Source: Bacteroidales bacterium (GTDB lineage Bacteria > Bacteroidota > Bacteroidia > Bacteroidales > UBA3663). From it: 64,000 nt of DNA. Made by a program: the position numbers and the translations under genes. The notes beneath the pieces were generated by a model. That model ran no database searches. It was not told the DNA's origin and saw nothing but the letters and a program-made list of their open reading frames with translations. Shown in pieces: positions 47,642 to 59,088 of this stretch. The stretch lies in NCBI GenBank assembly GCA_045628985.1, contig JAZQQH010000065.1, forward strand, positions 181,514-245,513. Reading direction: 5' to 3'. Position 1 is the first letter of the stretch, and each line of letters opens with the position of its first letter.

Positions 47642-50600
47642 ATGAAACTGAAATTCAAGAACCAAAAGTTCCAAACGGATGCGGCCAAGGCGGTGACTGA
47701 TGTATTCAAGCAGCAGCGCAAAAGTGACATGCAGGAGTATATGCTTGACACGGGTTATGGCGAAGCTGGCACCTTATCGGTCATGGATGTAATGGGTTTC
47801 AGAAACCATCCGCTGACGGTATCGCCAGATCAGTTATTGGAAAATATCAGAGCCATACAGATGGAAGCGCAGCTGAAGCCTTCGATAAGCGTCAATACGA
47901 GAGACTTGCGACTGACCATCGAGATGGAGACAGGTACAGGTAAGACCTATACTTATATCAAGACGATGTTCGAGCTGAACAAGCTGTATGGATGGAGTAA
48001 GTTCATCATCGTGGTACCCTCGATAGCGATACGCGAAGGTGTGTGCAAGTCGTTCGAGATCATGAGCGAACACTTCGCTGCGGAGTATGGTAAGCGTATC
48101 CAGTCGTTTGTCTATGACTCGAAGCAGCTGACGAAGATTGACCAATTTGCATCGGACAACAATCTGCATGTGATGATCATCAATACGCAGGCCTTTGCGG
48201 CAAGAGGTGAGGATGCACGTCGCATCTACATGAGGCTGGATGCCTTCCGTTCGCGTAAGCCTATTGACGTGATATCTGCCACAAATCCGATCCTGATCAT
48301 CGATGAGCCACAGTCGGTACTGGGAGCAGATAAGAAGAATACAACGCGTGAGAAGCTGCAGGAGTTCAAGCCACTCTTCACCTTATTATATAGTGCTACA
48401 CACCGTGCAGAAGACATCCAGAACATGATCTACCGACTGGATGCCATGGATGCGTATAACCAGAAGCTGGTAAAGAAGATCTCGGTAAAGGGTATCGAAC
48501 AGAAAGGTTCGACGGCAACGAATGGTTATCTCTATCTGGAGAGTATAGAGCTGAGTGAGGGGAATCCGCGTGCTCGTATCGGCTTTGACAAGAAGACGGC
48601 AACAGGCACGAAACAGGTGACGCAGCTGGTGGAGGATGGCTTTGACATCTATCAGCAGTCGGGTCAGCTGGAGGAGTATGCTGATCATTTTCGCATAGAG
48701 CAGATTGATGGTTATAACCGTACGGTGAGGCTGCTGAATGGCCTGGTGCTTTCAGAGGGTGACGTGATAGGTGCCGTGAACGAGAGGGTGATACGCAGAG
48801 CACAGATCAGAGAGACAATTAAGTCGCACTTAGCGAAGGAACGTAAGCTCTTCAAGCGTGGCATCAAGTGTTTGTCTCTCTTCTTCATTGACCATGTAGA
48901 TAACTACCGCTTGTATGAAGGCGGAGGAAAGACCAGCAATGGTGTGTATGCAGAGATGTTTGAGGAGGAGTATGCCGAGGAGGTAAGACGGCTGGAAGGG
49001 GATCTGTTTGAGGATGAGACGGAGTATCGGAACTATCTGCAAAGGTTTACAGCAGAACAGGTGCATAATGGTTACTTCTCACGCGACAACAAAGGACACT
49101 TTGTGCAGCCAAAGGCTTCGGAAGTGAAAAACGAAAGCAGTAATGACGTGTCAGCATACGACCTGATTATGAAAGACAAGGAGCGTCTGCTGTCGTTTGA
49201 CGAACCTACACGCTTCATCTTCTCGCACTCAGCGCTGAAGGAAGGTTGGGATAATCCGAATGTCTTCCAGATCTGTACGCTGAAAGATAGTGACAACCAG
49301 ACGAAGAAACGTCAGGAGGTAGGTCGTGGCATGCGTCTGTGTGTAAACCGTGAGGGTGAGCGCCAGGATGACAATGTGCTGCATGGAAACGTCTTTGAGG
49401 TGAATGAGCTGACAATCATTGCCAGTGAGTCGTATAACTCGTTTGCATCGAAGCTACAGACGGAGATTGCTGAGGCGGTGGCTGATCGACCGCAGAAGGT
49501 GACACGAGAGCTCTTCCTGGATCTGGTAGTGACGAACGAACGCGGTGAGAAAAAGAAGCTGAAAGACGAGGATGCTTCGGAGATGCTCTTTACTCTGCGT
49601 ATGAAAGGTTATATCACGAAGCAAGGGCAGCTCACGCAACAGTATCATGACGATAAGCTGCAGGGCGTGCTGGACTTTGGTGAATATGAGGAATATAAGG
49701 GCGATATTGTGAAGCGCTTGGATGCGATCTTCAATCCGGAGGCTATGAAGCCAGAGAATGCTCGTCAGGTGCGAGAGGCAAAGTTCGATACTCGTAAATT
49801 CGAGCGTGTGGAATTCCAGAAGTTCTGGAAGAAGATCAATCATCAGACCTACTACACGGTGGACTTCTCTACACAGGAACTGATAGATAAGGCTGTGGTG
49901 CAGCTGGATAATCACCTGCATGTATCGAAGATAGAGATACGTGTGGTAGAGGGTACGATGGACAAGATCAAGAACAAGGAAGAGCTGGTGGCTGGTAAAG
50001 CGATGATGGTACGTGATGACGGTGTTGCCAACAGTAGGTTGAAAGATCAGGTAGGTAGCAGTGTGCGCTATGATCTGATAGGCAAGCTGGTGGAGAATAC
50101 GCAGCTGACGCGTCATGTGGTGGTGGCTATCCTACAGAAGATTCAGACATCAACCTTTAATCAGTTCAAGGCTAATCCGGAGGAGTTTATCATCAAAGCC
50201 AGTAACATCATCAATGAATGTAAGGCCATTGCTGTCATTGAGCATGTGAAGTATCACAAGCTGGAGCAGCAGTTCGAAGCAGATATCTTCAGCAACGCTA
50301 CGTTAAAGGGTAAACTGGGTGTAAATGCCATCGAGGCGCAAAAGTCGCTCTACGACCTGGTAGTGGTGGATTCTGCGGGCGTGGAGATGAACTTTGCAAA
50401 GGATTTGGAGAAAGAGTCGGACGTACTGGTATATACCAAGCTGCCAGGAGGTTTCTACATTAACACGCCTGTAGGCCATTACAATCCTGACTGGGCCATC
50501 GTCTTTAAGGAAGGAACTGACGTGAAGCACGTCTATTTCGTGGCCGAGACTAAGGGATCACTCTCGGAGACACAGCTGCGCGATACGGAGAAGTCGAAGA

Positions 50601-50701
50601 TTGAATGTGCACGCCGCCACTTCAAGACGATCTCTGATGCTACGGTGAAGTATGATGTGGTGACGAAGTATTCGGAGCTGAGGGATATTATTACGAAATA
50701 A
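47642..50701 (+). CDS. res: Type III restriction endonuclease (Res)
   Basis: EMETGTGKTY, IIDEPQ, LKEGWDNPNVFQIC, YNPDWAI..VAETKG (PD-(D/E)xK). Confidence 0.95.
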   Translation: MKLKFKNQKFQTDAAKAVTDVFKQQRKSDMQEYMLDTGYGEAGTLSVMDVMGFRNHPLTVSPDQLLENIRAIQMEAQLKPSISVNTRDLRLTIEMETGTGKTYTYIKTMFELNKLYGWSKFIIVVPSIAIREGVCKSFEIMSEHFAAEYGKRIQSFVYDSKQLTKIDQFASDNNLHVMIINTQAFAARGEDARRIYMRLDAFRSRKPIDVISATNPILIIDEPQSVLGADKKNTTREKLQEFKPLFTLLYSATHRAEDIQNMIYRLDAMDAYNQKLVKKISVKGIEQKGSTATNGYLYLESIELSEGNPRARIGFDKKTATGTKQVTQLVEDGFDIYQQSGQLEEYADHFRIEQIDGYNRTVRLLNGLVLSEGDVIGAVNERVIRRAQIRETIKSHLAKERKLFKRGIKCLSLFFIDHVDNYRLYEGGGKTSNGVYAEMFEEEYAEEVRRLEGDLFEDETEYRNYLQRFTAEQVHNGYFSRDNKGHFVQPKASEVKNESSNDVSAYDLIMKDKERLLSFDEPTRFIFSHSALKEGWDNPNVFQICTLKDSDNQTKKRQEVGRGMRLCVNREGERQDDNVLHGNVFEVNELTIIASESYNSFASKLQTEIAEAVADRPQKVTRELFLDLVVTNERGEKKKLKDEDASEMLFTLRMKGYITKQGQLTQQYHDDKLQGVLDFGEYEEYKGDIVKRLDAIFNPEAMKPENARQVREAKFDTRKFERVEFQKFWKKINHQTYYTVDFSTQELIDKAVVQLDNHLHVSKIEIRVVEGTMDKIKNKEELVAGKAMMVRDDGVANSRLKDQVGSSVRYDLIGKLVENTQLTRHVVVAILQKIQTSTFNQFKANPEEFIIKASNIINECKAIAVIEHVKYHKLEQQFEADIFSNATLKGKLGVNAIEAQKSLYDLVVVDSAGVEMNFAKDLEKESDVLVYTKLPGGFYINTPVGHYNPDWAIVFKEGTDVKHVYFVAETKGSLSETQLRDTEKSKIECARRHFKTISDATVKYDVVTKYSELRDIITK

Positions 50702-50715
50702 AATATATAAGTATG

Positions 50716-50866
50716 CACAGAATCGGGACGTCCGATCCTGCATCCAGGATAGGTACGCAGGAAATCGGGGCGTCCGATCCTGCAGCAAGGATTCGCACAC
50801 AGGAAATCGGGACGTCTGATCCTACAATAAAAATAGGTACACAGAAATCTCTGCGTACCTATTTTT
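50716..50866. repeat. Three ATCGGGRCGTCYGAT palindromic REP-like units plus terminator hairpin
   Basis: aatcgggacgtccgatcct x3 (variants); aaaataggtac...gtacctatttt. Confidence 0.7.
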
Positions 50867-50910
50867 ATTATTTATTTAGCACAGGAAGAATCTCCTGTAC
50901 TTATTTATTC

Positions 50911-51732
50911 TTAGAGATAGCTTGCCATCTCGTCAGCCACCTTCTTAGCCTCCTGTGCAGCGACAGCAGCGAAGTTCTCGGTGTGGTCAGCATAGATGAT
51001 GGCACGTGAGCTGTTGACGATGAGGCCACACTGCTTGTTCATGCCATACTTGACAACCTCAGCGAGGGAGCCGCCCTGAGCGCCAACGCCAGGAACGAGG
51101 AGGAAGCTATCTGGAGCTACACGGCGGATGTCCTCGAACATCTGGCCCTGGGTAGCACCTACGACGAACATTACCTGATCCTCTGTACCCCAAGTCTTGA
51201 CGGTGCGGATGACCTTCTCAAAGAGACGCTCCTCAGTACCGTCGACGGTAGATAACTGGAAGTCATGGCTACCCTTGTTGCTGGTGAGAGCGAGGCAGAT
51301 GACCCACTTACCCTCATAGCCGAGGAATGGCTTGACACTATCCTCACCCATGTATGGAGCTACGGTGACTGCATCGAGGTCAAGATGCTCGAAGAATGAA
51401 CGAGCATAGAGCATCGAGGTGTTGCCGATATCGCCACGCTTGGCATCAGCGATGATGAACTGGTTAGGATACTGCTCGCGGATGTACTTGACGGTACGCT
51501 CGAAAGCGATCCAACCCTCAACGCCAAAGCACTCATAGAAAGCCAGATTTGGCTTGTATGCGATACAGTATGGCTCGGTAGCGTCGATGATCGCCTTGTT
51601 GAACTGGAAGATTGCCTCAGCAGGCTCCAGGCTCTGGAGGTGCTCAGGAATCTTCTTAATATCAGTATCCAGACCCACGCAGAGGAAAGTCTTCTTCTGC
51701 TGGATCTGGGCAAATAATTGTTCTCTATTCAT
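50911..51732 (-). CDS. pyrF: Orotidine-5'-phosphate decarboxylase
   Basis: [37 protein letters not shown]. Confidence 0.96.
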   Translation of the reverse strand: MNREQLFAQIQQKKTFLCVGLDTDIKKIPEHLQSLEPAEAIFQFNKAIIDATEPYCIAYKPNLAFYECFGVEGWIAFERTVKYIREQYPNQFIIADAKRGDIGNTSMLYARSFFEHLDLDAVTVAPYMGEDSVKPFLGYEGKWVICLALTSNKGSHDFQLSTVDGTEERLFEKVIRTVKTWGTEDQVMFVVGATQGQMFEDIRRVAPDSFLLVPGVGAQGGSLAEVVKYGMNKQCGLIVNSSRAIIYADHTENFAAVAAQEAKKVADEMASYL

Positions 51733-51737
51733 GGAAA

Positions 51738-52091
51738 TTACTTGATCTTTGCAGCCTTAGCAGCAGCCTTCTCTGCCTTCTCTGCAGCCTGCTTAGCCTT
51801 CTTGTTGGCCTTCTCAAGAGCCTTCTGAGCCTTGATGTTACCATCGATAACCTTCTTCTTACCCTGAACATCCTCAAGCTTCAACTTGAGCTCCTGCTCC
51901 TCAGCCTTCAACTTTGCATCAGTTGGATTGAGCTTCTGGCTTGCCTTGTTGGTCTTGAGCTGACCCTTGATAGCCTCAATCTGGTACTTGTACTCGCGGC
52001 TGAGCTGCTCGTCAGACTTCTCGTCTGCAAATGAAGTGAAAGGTGCTGCGATGAGTGCACCAAGAAGCATGATCTTTGCGAAAGTCTTCAT
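51738..52091 (-). CDS. Hypothetical secreted coiled-coil protein
   Basis: Signal peptide; Lys/Ala-rich helix. Confidence 0.75.
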   Translation of the reverse strand: MKTFAKIMLLGALIAAPFTSFADEKSDEQLSREYKYQIEAIKGQLKTNKASQKLNPTDAKLKAEEQELKLKLEDVQGKKKVIDGNIKAQKALEKANKKAKQAAEKAEKAAAKAAKIK

Positions 52092-52124
52092 AGTCGTAAT
52101 GTTTTAATTAGTTGGTTAATAAGA

Positions 52125-53453
52125 TTACTTGATGAAATCAACACCCATCCAAGGCTTCAATACCTCTGGAACCTTGATTGAACCATCCTCCTGCTGGTAG
52201 TTCTCCATGATAGAGGCTACGATGCGTGGCAATGCAAGTGCAGAACCATTGAGGGTGTGGCAGAGCTCGATCTTCTTGTCAGCAGCTTTACGATAGCGGC
52301 ACTTCAAGCGATTAGCCTGGTAGGTATCGAAGTTAGAGACAGAAGAAACCTCGAGCCAGCGGTTCTGTGCTGCTGAGTATACCTCGAAGTCGTAGCAGAC
52401 AGCGCTGGTGAATGACTGGTCGCCACCACAAAGACGAAGGATACGATATGGAAGGCCGAGCTTCTGGAGGAGGCCCTCAACATGCTCGAGCATCTCCTTG
52501 TGGCTCTCAGCTGAGTGCTCTGGAGTATCGATACGGACGATCTCGATCTTAGAGAACTCGTGCAGACGGTTCAGGCCACGAACGTCCTTACCATATGAAC
52601 CAGCCTCACGACGGAAACACTGGGTGTATGCACAGTTCTTGATTGGGAGCTCCTTCTCGTCGATGATGACGTCACGATAGATGTTGGTGACAGGAACCTC
52701 AGCGGTAGGGATGAGATAGAAGTCATCGATCTCGCAGTGATACATCTGACCCTCCTTGTCTGGCAACTGACCTGTGCCATAGCCAGAAGCCTGGTTAACA
52801 ACTGTAGGTGGCATAATCTCCTCATAACCAGCCTTCGCAGCCTCGGTGAGGAAGAAGTTGATCAATGCACGCTGCAGACGAGCACCAAGACCACGATAGA
52901 CAGGGAAACCTGCACCGGTGATCTTCACACCAAGGTCAAAGTCGATGAGGTTGAGGTTCTTAGCCAACTCCCAGTGAGGAAGCTTAGCGTTTGGATACTG
53001 TGCATCTGGATTAGCGTCCCAGTTGCCTACGGTATCCTGACCAACGACACACTCCTTGAGGTTAGACTTTACTACCCAGTTATCCTCAGCGCAGCTACCC
53101 TCAGGAACCTCGTCATAAGGAATGTTAGGAATCTGGCAGAGCATGGTGACGATCTCCTGCTCAAGTGCAGCCTTCTTCTCATCGAGCTCCTTGTTAGCGC
53201 CCTTGAGCTCAGCGACCTTAGCCTTAGCAGCCTCAGCCTCTTCCTTCTGGCCATTCTTCATCAGCATACCGATGGTCTTAGCGAGCTTGTTAGCCTCAGC
53301 CAAGTTACCATCAAGCTGCTGCTGAGTGCTACGACGCTCCTGATCCTTAGCGATCACTGCATCGATAGCCTCCTTGGCACCCTTGAAGTGCTTCTTATTC
53401 AAACCGGCAATGACGCGATCGTACTGCTCGGTAATCAATTTCAATGTTAACAT
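52125..53453 (-). CDS. serS: Serine--tRNA ligase
   Basis: GTGQLP, LIPTAEVP, FRREAGSYG, HTLNGSALA. Confidence 0.97.
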   Translation of the reverse strand: MLTLKLITEQYDRVIAGLNKKHFKGAKEAIDAVIAKDQERRSTQQQLDGNLAEANKLAKTIGMLMKNGQKEEAEAAKAKVAELKGANKELDEKKAALEQEIVTMLCQIPNIPYDEVPEGSCAEDNWVVKSNLKECVVGQDTVGNWDANPDAQYPNAKLPHWELAKNLNLIDFDLGVKITGAGFPVYRGLGARLQRALINFFLTEAAKAGYEEIMPPTVVNQASGYGTGQLPDKEGQMYHCEIDDFYLIPTAEVPVTNIYRDVIIDEKELPIKNCAYTQCFRREAGSYGKDVRGLNRLHEFSKIEIVRIDTPEHSAESHKEMLEHVEGLLQKLGLPYRILRLCGGDQSFTSAVCYDFEVYSAAQNRWLEVSSVSNFDTYQANRLKCRYRKAADKKIELCHTLNGSALALPRIVASIMENYQQEDGSIKVPEVLKPWMGVDFIK

Positions 53454-53456
53454 AAA

Positions 53457-53671
53457 GACCCACCCCTACCCTCCCTCAAAGGGAGGGAGCATAATAGTTA
53501 GTTATGCCTGCCGCAAGATGGAAACGGCTATATTATTCATTATAAAAAAGCGAAAAAGGGCAACCGACAACTGAGAAATCAGGTGTCAATTGTCCTTTGT
53601 TTCTTAAAGTTTTGAGTCAAGCATTAGTGACTTTCCAACTCCCTCCCTTTGAGGGAGGGTTGGGGTGGGTC
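53457..53671. repeat. Inverted pair of REP elements (REPIN-like)
   Basis: gacccacccctaccctccctcaaagggagggag ... ctccctccctttgagggagggttggggtgggtc. Confidence 0.75.
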
Positions 53672-53674
53672 ATT

Positions 53675-53932
53675 TTATGCCAATGGCTCAACTGAGACGT
53701 AGCTCTTGTTCTCACGCTTCTTGGTGAAGACTACCTTACCATCGATGAGAGCGTAAAGAGTATCGTCCTTGCCAAGGCCTACGTTGAGACCTGGATTGTG
53801 CTTGGTGCCACGCTGACGAACGAGGATGTTGCCAGCCTTAACGATTTCGCCACCAAACTTCTTAACACCGAGTCGCTTTGAATGAGACTCACGGCCGTTC
53901 TTAGAACTACCTACACCTTTTTTGTGTGCCAT
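53675..53932 (-). CDS. rpmA: 50S ribosomal protein L27
   Basis: [24 protein letters not shown]. Confidence 0.98.
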   Translation of the reverse strand: MAHKKGVGSSKNGRESHSKRLGVKKFGGEIVKAGNILVRQRGTKHNPGLNVGLGKDDTLYALIDGKVVFTKKRENKSYVSVEPLA

Positions 53933-53964
53933 AGTGAACTTTCTTTTTTAATAGCGAAAAACGC

Positions 53965-54282
53965 TTATGCAACAATAGACTTAACTAACACTTCGGTAAA
54001 GTGCTGACGAGCACCGGTGAGCTTATCGAAGCCCTTACGACGCTTCTTGTGGAACACCTTAATCTTCTTACCGCGAAGCTCAACCTGTGAAACTTCGAGA
54101 ACTACCTTTGCACCCTCAACTACTGGGGTACCTACGGTGATAGCACCGTCGTTGTTGACGAGGAGCACCTTCTCGATGGTGATCTCCTGACCAACCTCAG
54201 CGCCTGCGATGTTCAAAACGCAGATCTTCTGATCTGGCTCAACAGTGAACTGCTGGCCCTGAATCTCAACAATTGCGTACAT
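53965..54282 (-). CDS. rplU: 50S ribosomal protein L21
   Basis: MYAIVEIQGQQF...KKRRKG; start reset to the ATG at 54282. Confidence 0.97.
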   Translation of the reverse strand: MYAIVEIQGQQFTVEPDQKICVLNIAGAEVGQEITIEKVLLVNNDGAITVGTPVVEGAKVVLEVSQVELRGKKIKVFHKKRRKGFDKLTGARQHFTEVLVKSIVA

Positions 54283-54583
54283 TGTTATATATAAAAACTT
54301 AAAGTTTCTCCGCAAGGCGAACACCTCAAAATCGGGCGTTACTTGTATTGCCTACCTCGGAATCAGCGTGCAAAGATAATGATTATATCATTCATTCGCA
54401 CTTTTATCACTCATTTTTTCTTCAAAAATCTTTAGTTTTTGCGCAAAGTCACCTCATTTGCTATCCGGAGATGATTATTTTACACTCCGAAAACCATCCC
54501 AAGAAGATTATTTCGCACCCAGAAAACTATCAATTTTACATTTTACATTTTTAATTTTACATTTATCCAAAGAAAGGTCCTGA

Positions 54584-57076
54584 TTATAGGTCCTTCTTTG
54601 GATAAAGTGCCTCCCACCAGGTAGGATCATCCTGCAGCCACTTGGCAAACCAAGCCATCGTAGCATTGTGCCATGCGATACGCTTGTCGTAGTCAAGGAT
54701 GTGATGCTGCTGGTTGGTAACGCTCACCAGAGCGGTCTCACGGCCGAGGAGTTTCAAGGCGGTGAACATCTGCAATGAGTTGTTATATGGCACGTTGTTG
54801 TCGGTCACACCATGCAGGAAGAGCAATGGAGTGTGGATCTTATCGACGCGATAGAGAGGCGACTGATCGACGTAGAGATCCTTGCGAGTCCAAGGATAGC
54901 TGTCGGCCATAGACACCTGGCTGTAGGTATATCCCCAGTCGCCAAGGCCCCAGTAGTTAGAGTGATCGCTGATACCTGCATGGCTGATAGCACAGGCAAA
55001 GATATCGGTGACGGTCTGCAGATACATGGTCATAAAACCACCGTACGAAGCTCCGATACAGCCGATCTTCTTCTCATTGACGTAGCTATGCTGCTTGCAG
55101 AACTCCTTGACAGCCTCAATGATGTCACGAGCAGGATCGACACCAGCTGTATTGACGTGACGCGAACCCCACTCCTGGCCGAAGCCAGATGCACCACTTG
55201 GCTCGACGATCAATGCCACGTAACCGAGTGCGGCCCATGAGTTCTGAGGATAGTTACTCTCGAAGGTACGACTGGTTGGCGAGCAGCCGCCATAATAGTT
55301 GACAATCATTGGATATTGACCAGCCTTAGCCTTCTCAGCATCGAAGCCGACAGGCAGATAGAAGCGGCAATAGACGGTATCGCCGATGCTATTGGTGAAC
55401 GACCAAGGCAGACACTCTCCGAGCTCAATACCAGCGATGTTCTTGGCGCTGAGGTCCTCCACCAGCGTCACAGCGTTCTTCTTGGTGCCGACGAGCTTGG
55501 TATCGAGGGTATAGAGACGATCACTGTTCGAAGCACTCACGCCATAGAAAGCCAGCACTGGAGCGGTCTGCGCCAACGAGAGGCTGTTGACCAAATCCTC
55601 AGGAGCAGGAATGTTCTGGATCTTGCCATCCTTCGGGTTCATGCGATAGAGGCAGATGCTGTCACGATGCTCAGCGGTGAAATAGAGCTGGCCATCGAAC
55701 TTACTCCACTCCACATTCTGGATAGCAGGATTGAAGAGGCGCGTCATAGGCTTGACCTCCTTATTGCTCATATCCATAAGGAAGAGCTGGACATCGTACT
55801 CATTAGGAATCTTATCTGCTGGCAACGTGCAACCGATGCGACCGAATGAGTCAGGGCTACCAGTAAAAGCAAGATACTTGCCGTCTGGCGAGAGGCCTAC
55901 AGGACGTGCGAAGCCTTCGTGCTGCACGAGTGTATCGATCTGCAGAGTATTCACGTCGAGCATATAGACGTCAGAGAATACGGTAGGGCGCATGGCCGAG
56001 ATCTCATTGATACTCTTGCTCAGGATCACCTTGCTGCCATCAGCAGTGAAATCGACTGGATAGACGTTGCTATGGCCGAAGGTCAATGGCTGGAGAGCGC
56101 CGGTCTTGAGGTCGAACTTTGCCAAAGAGGTACGATTGCGGAAACCTGGCTGACGATCCTCTGGATGGATCATCTCATAGACATCAGGATTGAGCTCCTT
56201 CGGTCCATTCTCGCGCTGCATCACGATGAGATAATCCTCAGTTGGTGCGATGACGAAGCTTCCGTTTGGCAGATTGCTGCAGAGCACCTTCTCCTCGCTG
56301 GTAGCAGGATTGACCGTCACGAGCTCGCGACCCTTGACCGTCTTGCGCGTAAAATAATAAAGGTTGCTGGTTGGCATCCAGCTGGCATCCTGACGCTCGC
56401 TGATGACGCGACCTGTCTGGCGCTCGATGATCTTGCCCGACCACTTGTCGCCTCCCGATGCACGCTGCTGATAACTCAGGATCATATATTTGCCATCAGG
56501 AGAGAGTTGAGCGCCCTTGATGAGACGGCTATCGAGCTGAGTGCGGACGGTGTAGAGGCCCTTGCCTTCGAGCGATGGAGCCACCTCGTAAGCTGTCTTT
56601 GTGTCGATGCTCATCTTGAGGCTGTCGGCCTTTCCTTCCTCCGAGAGATACTTCAGGACGATATGGTGCAGATCTGGTTCGAGCGTGATCTCACCAGTAT
56701 GTGCAGACTTGCCATCGATATAGAGTTCATAGCTCTTTGGAGCCTTATCGAGCTTCAATGATCCTTTGAGGTAGCTGCGATTGATGAGGTCGAAGCCGAC
56801 CATGTGCAGCGCATACTTGTTACCTGCTGGCGAACCAGGAAGTGCGACCGCGCTCATCTCCTCTCCCTTCAGCACAGCTTCGAGATTTAAAGCTGACTTC
56901 AAGAGTGACGTGGCGGCAAATGCTTTACCATTGACATCAGTAGTATCAACCATCACTGGTGCCTGTACAGGATAAGGTCCTGCATAGAGATATTTCTCAA
57001 CCGACTGGCTTTTTGCCAGTGATGGCAACACTGTCACTACGAACAGAGTTGCCATCATTGATAAATGTTTCTTCAT
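54584..57076 (-). CDS. S9 prolyl oligopeptidase family peptidase
   Basis: GASYGG nucleophile motif, HGVTDNNVP, catalytic His region; beta-propeller; signal peptide. Confidence 0.92.
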   Translation of the reverse strand: MKKHLSMMATLFVVTVLPSLAKSQSVEKYLYAGPYPVQAPVMVDTTDVNGKAFAATSLLKSALNLEAVLKGEEMSAVALPGSPAGNKYALHMVGFDLINRSYLKGSLKLDKAPKSYELYIDGKSAHTGEITLEPDLHHIVLKYLSEEGKADSLKMSIDTKTAYEVAPSLEGKGLYTVRTQLDSRLIKGAQLSPDGKYMILSYQQRASGGDKWSGKIIERQTGRVISERQDASWMPTSNLYYFTRKTVKGRELVTVNPATSEEKVLCSNLPNGSFVIAPTEDYLIVMQRENGPKELNPDVYEMIHPEDRQPGFRNRTSLAKFDLKTGALQPLTFGHSNVYPVDFTADGSKVILSKSINEISAMRPTVFSDVYMLDVNTLQIDTLVQHEGFARPVGLSPDGKYLAFTGSPDSFGRIGCTLPADKIPNEYDVQLFLMDMSNKEVKPMTRLFNPAIQNVEWSKFDGQLYFTAEHRDSICLYRMNPKDGKIQNIPAPEDLVNSLSLAQTAPVLAFYGVSASNSDRLYTLDTKLVGTKKNAVTLVEDLSAKNIAGIELGECLPWSFTNSIGDTVYCRFYLPVGFDAEKAKAGQYPMIVNYYGGCSPTSRTFESNYPQNSWAALGYVALIVEPSGASGFGQEWGSRHVNTAGVDPARDIIEAVKEFCKQHSYVNEKKIGCIGASYGGFMTMYLQTVTDIFACAISHAGISDHSNYWGLGDWGYTYSQVSMADSYPWTRKDLYVDQSPLYRVDKIHTPLLFLHGVTDNNVPYNNSLQMFTALKLLGRETALVSVTNQQHHILDYDKRIAWHNATMAWFAKWLQDDPTWWEALYPKKDL

Positions 57077-57108
57077 TATTATATATATAATGTGTATCGA
57101 AGAATCGA

Positions 57109-58890
57109 TTAGTCTTTCAAATTGAGCGCGATCTGGAGCTCATCAAGCTGAGCTTCGTCGATAGCACAAGGAGCATCCATCATTACGTCACGACCTGCAT
57201 TGTTCTTAGGGAAGGCGATGACGTCGCGGATCGAATCAAGCTCTGCGAACATTGAAACAACGCGATCAAGACCGAATGCAAGACCAGCGTGAGGAGGTGC
57301 ACCATACTTGAATGCATTGATCAGGCAACCGAACTGAGCCATAGCCTTCTCCTCGGTGAAGCCAAGGAGTTTGAACATCTTAGCCTGAAGCTCTGAGTCG
57401 TGGATACGGACAGAACCGCCACCAAGCTCAACGCCATTCATGACACAGTCATAAGCCCATGAGCGAACCTTACCCTGATCGGTATCGAGCAATGGGATAT
57501 CCTCAGGATTTGGCATGGTGAATGGGTGGTGAGTAGCGTAGAAGCGCTGTGTCTCCTCATCCCACTCGAAGAGAGGGAAGTCGATGACCCAGAGTGGCAC
57601 GAACTTAGAAGGATCGCGGAAACCGAGCTGCTCAGCCATCTCAAGACGGAGTGCACAGAGCTGCTTCTGAGTCTTGCGCATCTCACCACAGAGGATGAGC
57701 ATCAAATCGCCATTCTCAGCACCGAACTTCTCGCAGATAGCAGCGATAACCTCAGGGCCATAGAACTTGTCGATGCTTGACTTCAAGGTGCCATCAGCGT
57801 TCTTGCGAACCCAGATAAGGCCCTTAGCACCGATCTGGCTCTTCTTCACGAAGTCGGTCAAGCCATCGATCTGCTTGCGAGTGTAACCAGCGCAACCCTT
57901 AGCGTTGATACCAGCTACGTAGTTGACATCATCGAATACAGAGAAGCAGCCAGCAGGAAGAACTGACTCGATCTCATAATCCTTGGTAGTATTCTTGAGC
58001 TCGACGAACTTCATATCGAAACGGAGGTCTGGCTTATCCGAACCGTAGTACTTCATAGCATCCTCCCAAGTCATGCGAGGGAACTTATCGAACTCGATAC
58101 CCTTCAACTCCTTGAAGAGATGCTTCATCATACCCTCGAACATCTCGATAACGTCCTCCTGCTCAGCGAACGACATCTCGCAGTCGATCTGAGTAAACTC
58201 TGGCTGACGGTCAGCACGGAGGTCCTCATCACGGAAACACTTAACGATCTGGAAATAGCGGTCGAAGCCTGCAACCATCAAGAGCTGCTTGAACTGCTGA
58301 GGAGACTGTGGCAAAGCATAGAACTGACCAGGGTTCATACGGCTTGGTACGACAAAGTCACGCGCACCTTCAGGAGTAGACTTGATCAACATTGGAGTCT
58401 CAACCTCAAGGAAGTTCTGAGCGTCGAGATAGCGACGGCACTCGAAAGCCAGCTTGTGACGAAGCTCGAGGTTCTTGCGGACGCATGGACGACGGAGGTC
58501 GAGGTAACGATACTGCATACGGAGGTCATCACCACCATCCGAGTTATCCTCGATGGTGAATGGAGGAACCTCTGAAGAAGAGATGATATTGAGCTCCTTG
58601 GCAACGATCTCAACGTCACCTGTAGGAATATTCTTGTTCTTCTGCTCACGCTCACGGACGGTACCAACCACCTGGATCACATACTCACGACCCAGCTTGT
58701 TAGCCTTCTCGCAGAGCTCAGGGCTCAGCACTGATTCATCAAACACGAGCTGAGTGATGCCATAGCGGTCACGCAGATCGACGAAGGTAAGGCCACCGAA
58801 CTTACGTACGGTCTTCACCCATCCTGCCAGAGTTACCTCCTGGCCGAGGTTAGCGAGACGAAGCTCGCCACAAGTCTGTTTACGATACAT
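57109..58890 (-). CDS. aspS: Aspartate--tRNA ligase
   Basis: [41 protein letters not shown]. Confidence 0.98.
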   Translation of the reverse strand: MYRKQTCGELRLANLGQEVTLAGWVKTVRKFGGLTFVDLRDRYGITQLVFDESVLSPELCEKANKLGREYVIQVVGTVREREQKNKNIPTGDVEIVAKELNIISSSEVPPFTIEDNSDGGDDLRMQYRYLDLRRPCVRKNLELRHKLAFECRRYLDAQNFLEVETPMLIKSTPEGARDFVVPSRMNPGQFYALPQSPQQFKQLLMVAGFDRYFQIVKCFRDEDLRADRQPEFTQIDCEMSFAEQEDVIEMFEGMMKHLFKELKGIEFDKFPRMTWEDAMKYYGSDKPDLRFDMKFVELKNTTKDYEIESVLPAGCFSVFDDVNYVAGINAKGCAGYTRKQIDGLTDFVKKSQIGAKGLIWVRKNADGTLKSSIDKFYGPEVIAAICEKFGAENGDLMLILCGEMRKTQKQLCALRLEMAEQLGFRDPSKFVPLWVIDFPLFEWDEETQRFYATHHPFTMPNPEDIPLLDTDQGKVRSWAYDCVMNGVELGGGSVRIHDSELQAKMFKLLGFTEEKAMAQFGCLINAFKYGAPPHAGLAFGLDRVVSMFAELDSIRDVIAFPKNNAGRDVMMDAPCAIDEAQLDELQIALNLKD

Positions 58891-59088
58891 TATAGTGGAA
58901 TTTTCTTAGATTTTCTATAAAAATGCGCGGCAAATATAGTCATCTTTTTGGAGTATTCCAAATATTTGGCAAAAATAACACTTTTTCGAACTCATTTTGC
59001 CTTCTTTTCCAAAGAAATTTCTTAACTTTGCAAAACCGAATAAGTACATTTCTCCTTATTTATTATTAACTAGTCATCGAAAACTGCT

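Noticed and set aside
41064-50701. DISARM or BREX system
   Set aside because: The SNF2 helicase is accompanied by DUF4391 and Type III mod/res; no DrmA/DrmB or PglX/PglZ/BrxC
54525-54570. ATTTTAC heptamer run (also GTAATTT run near 27696-27722)
   Set aside because: Short low-complexity intergenic runs with no further evidence of function
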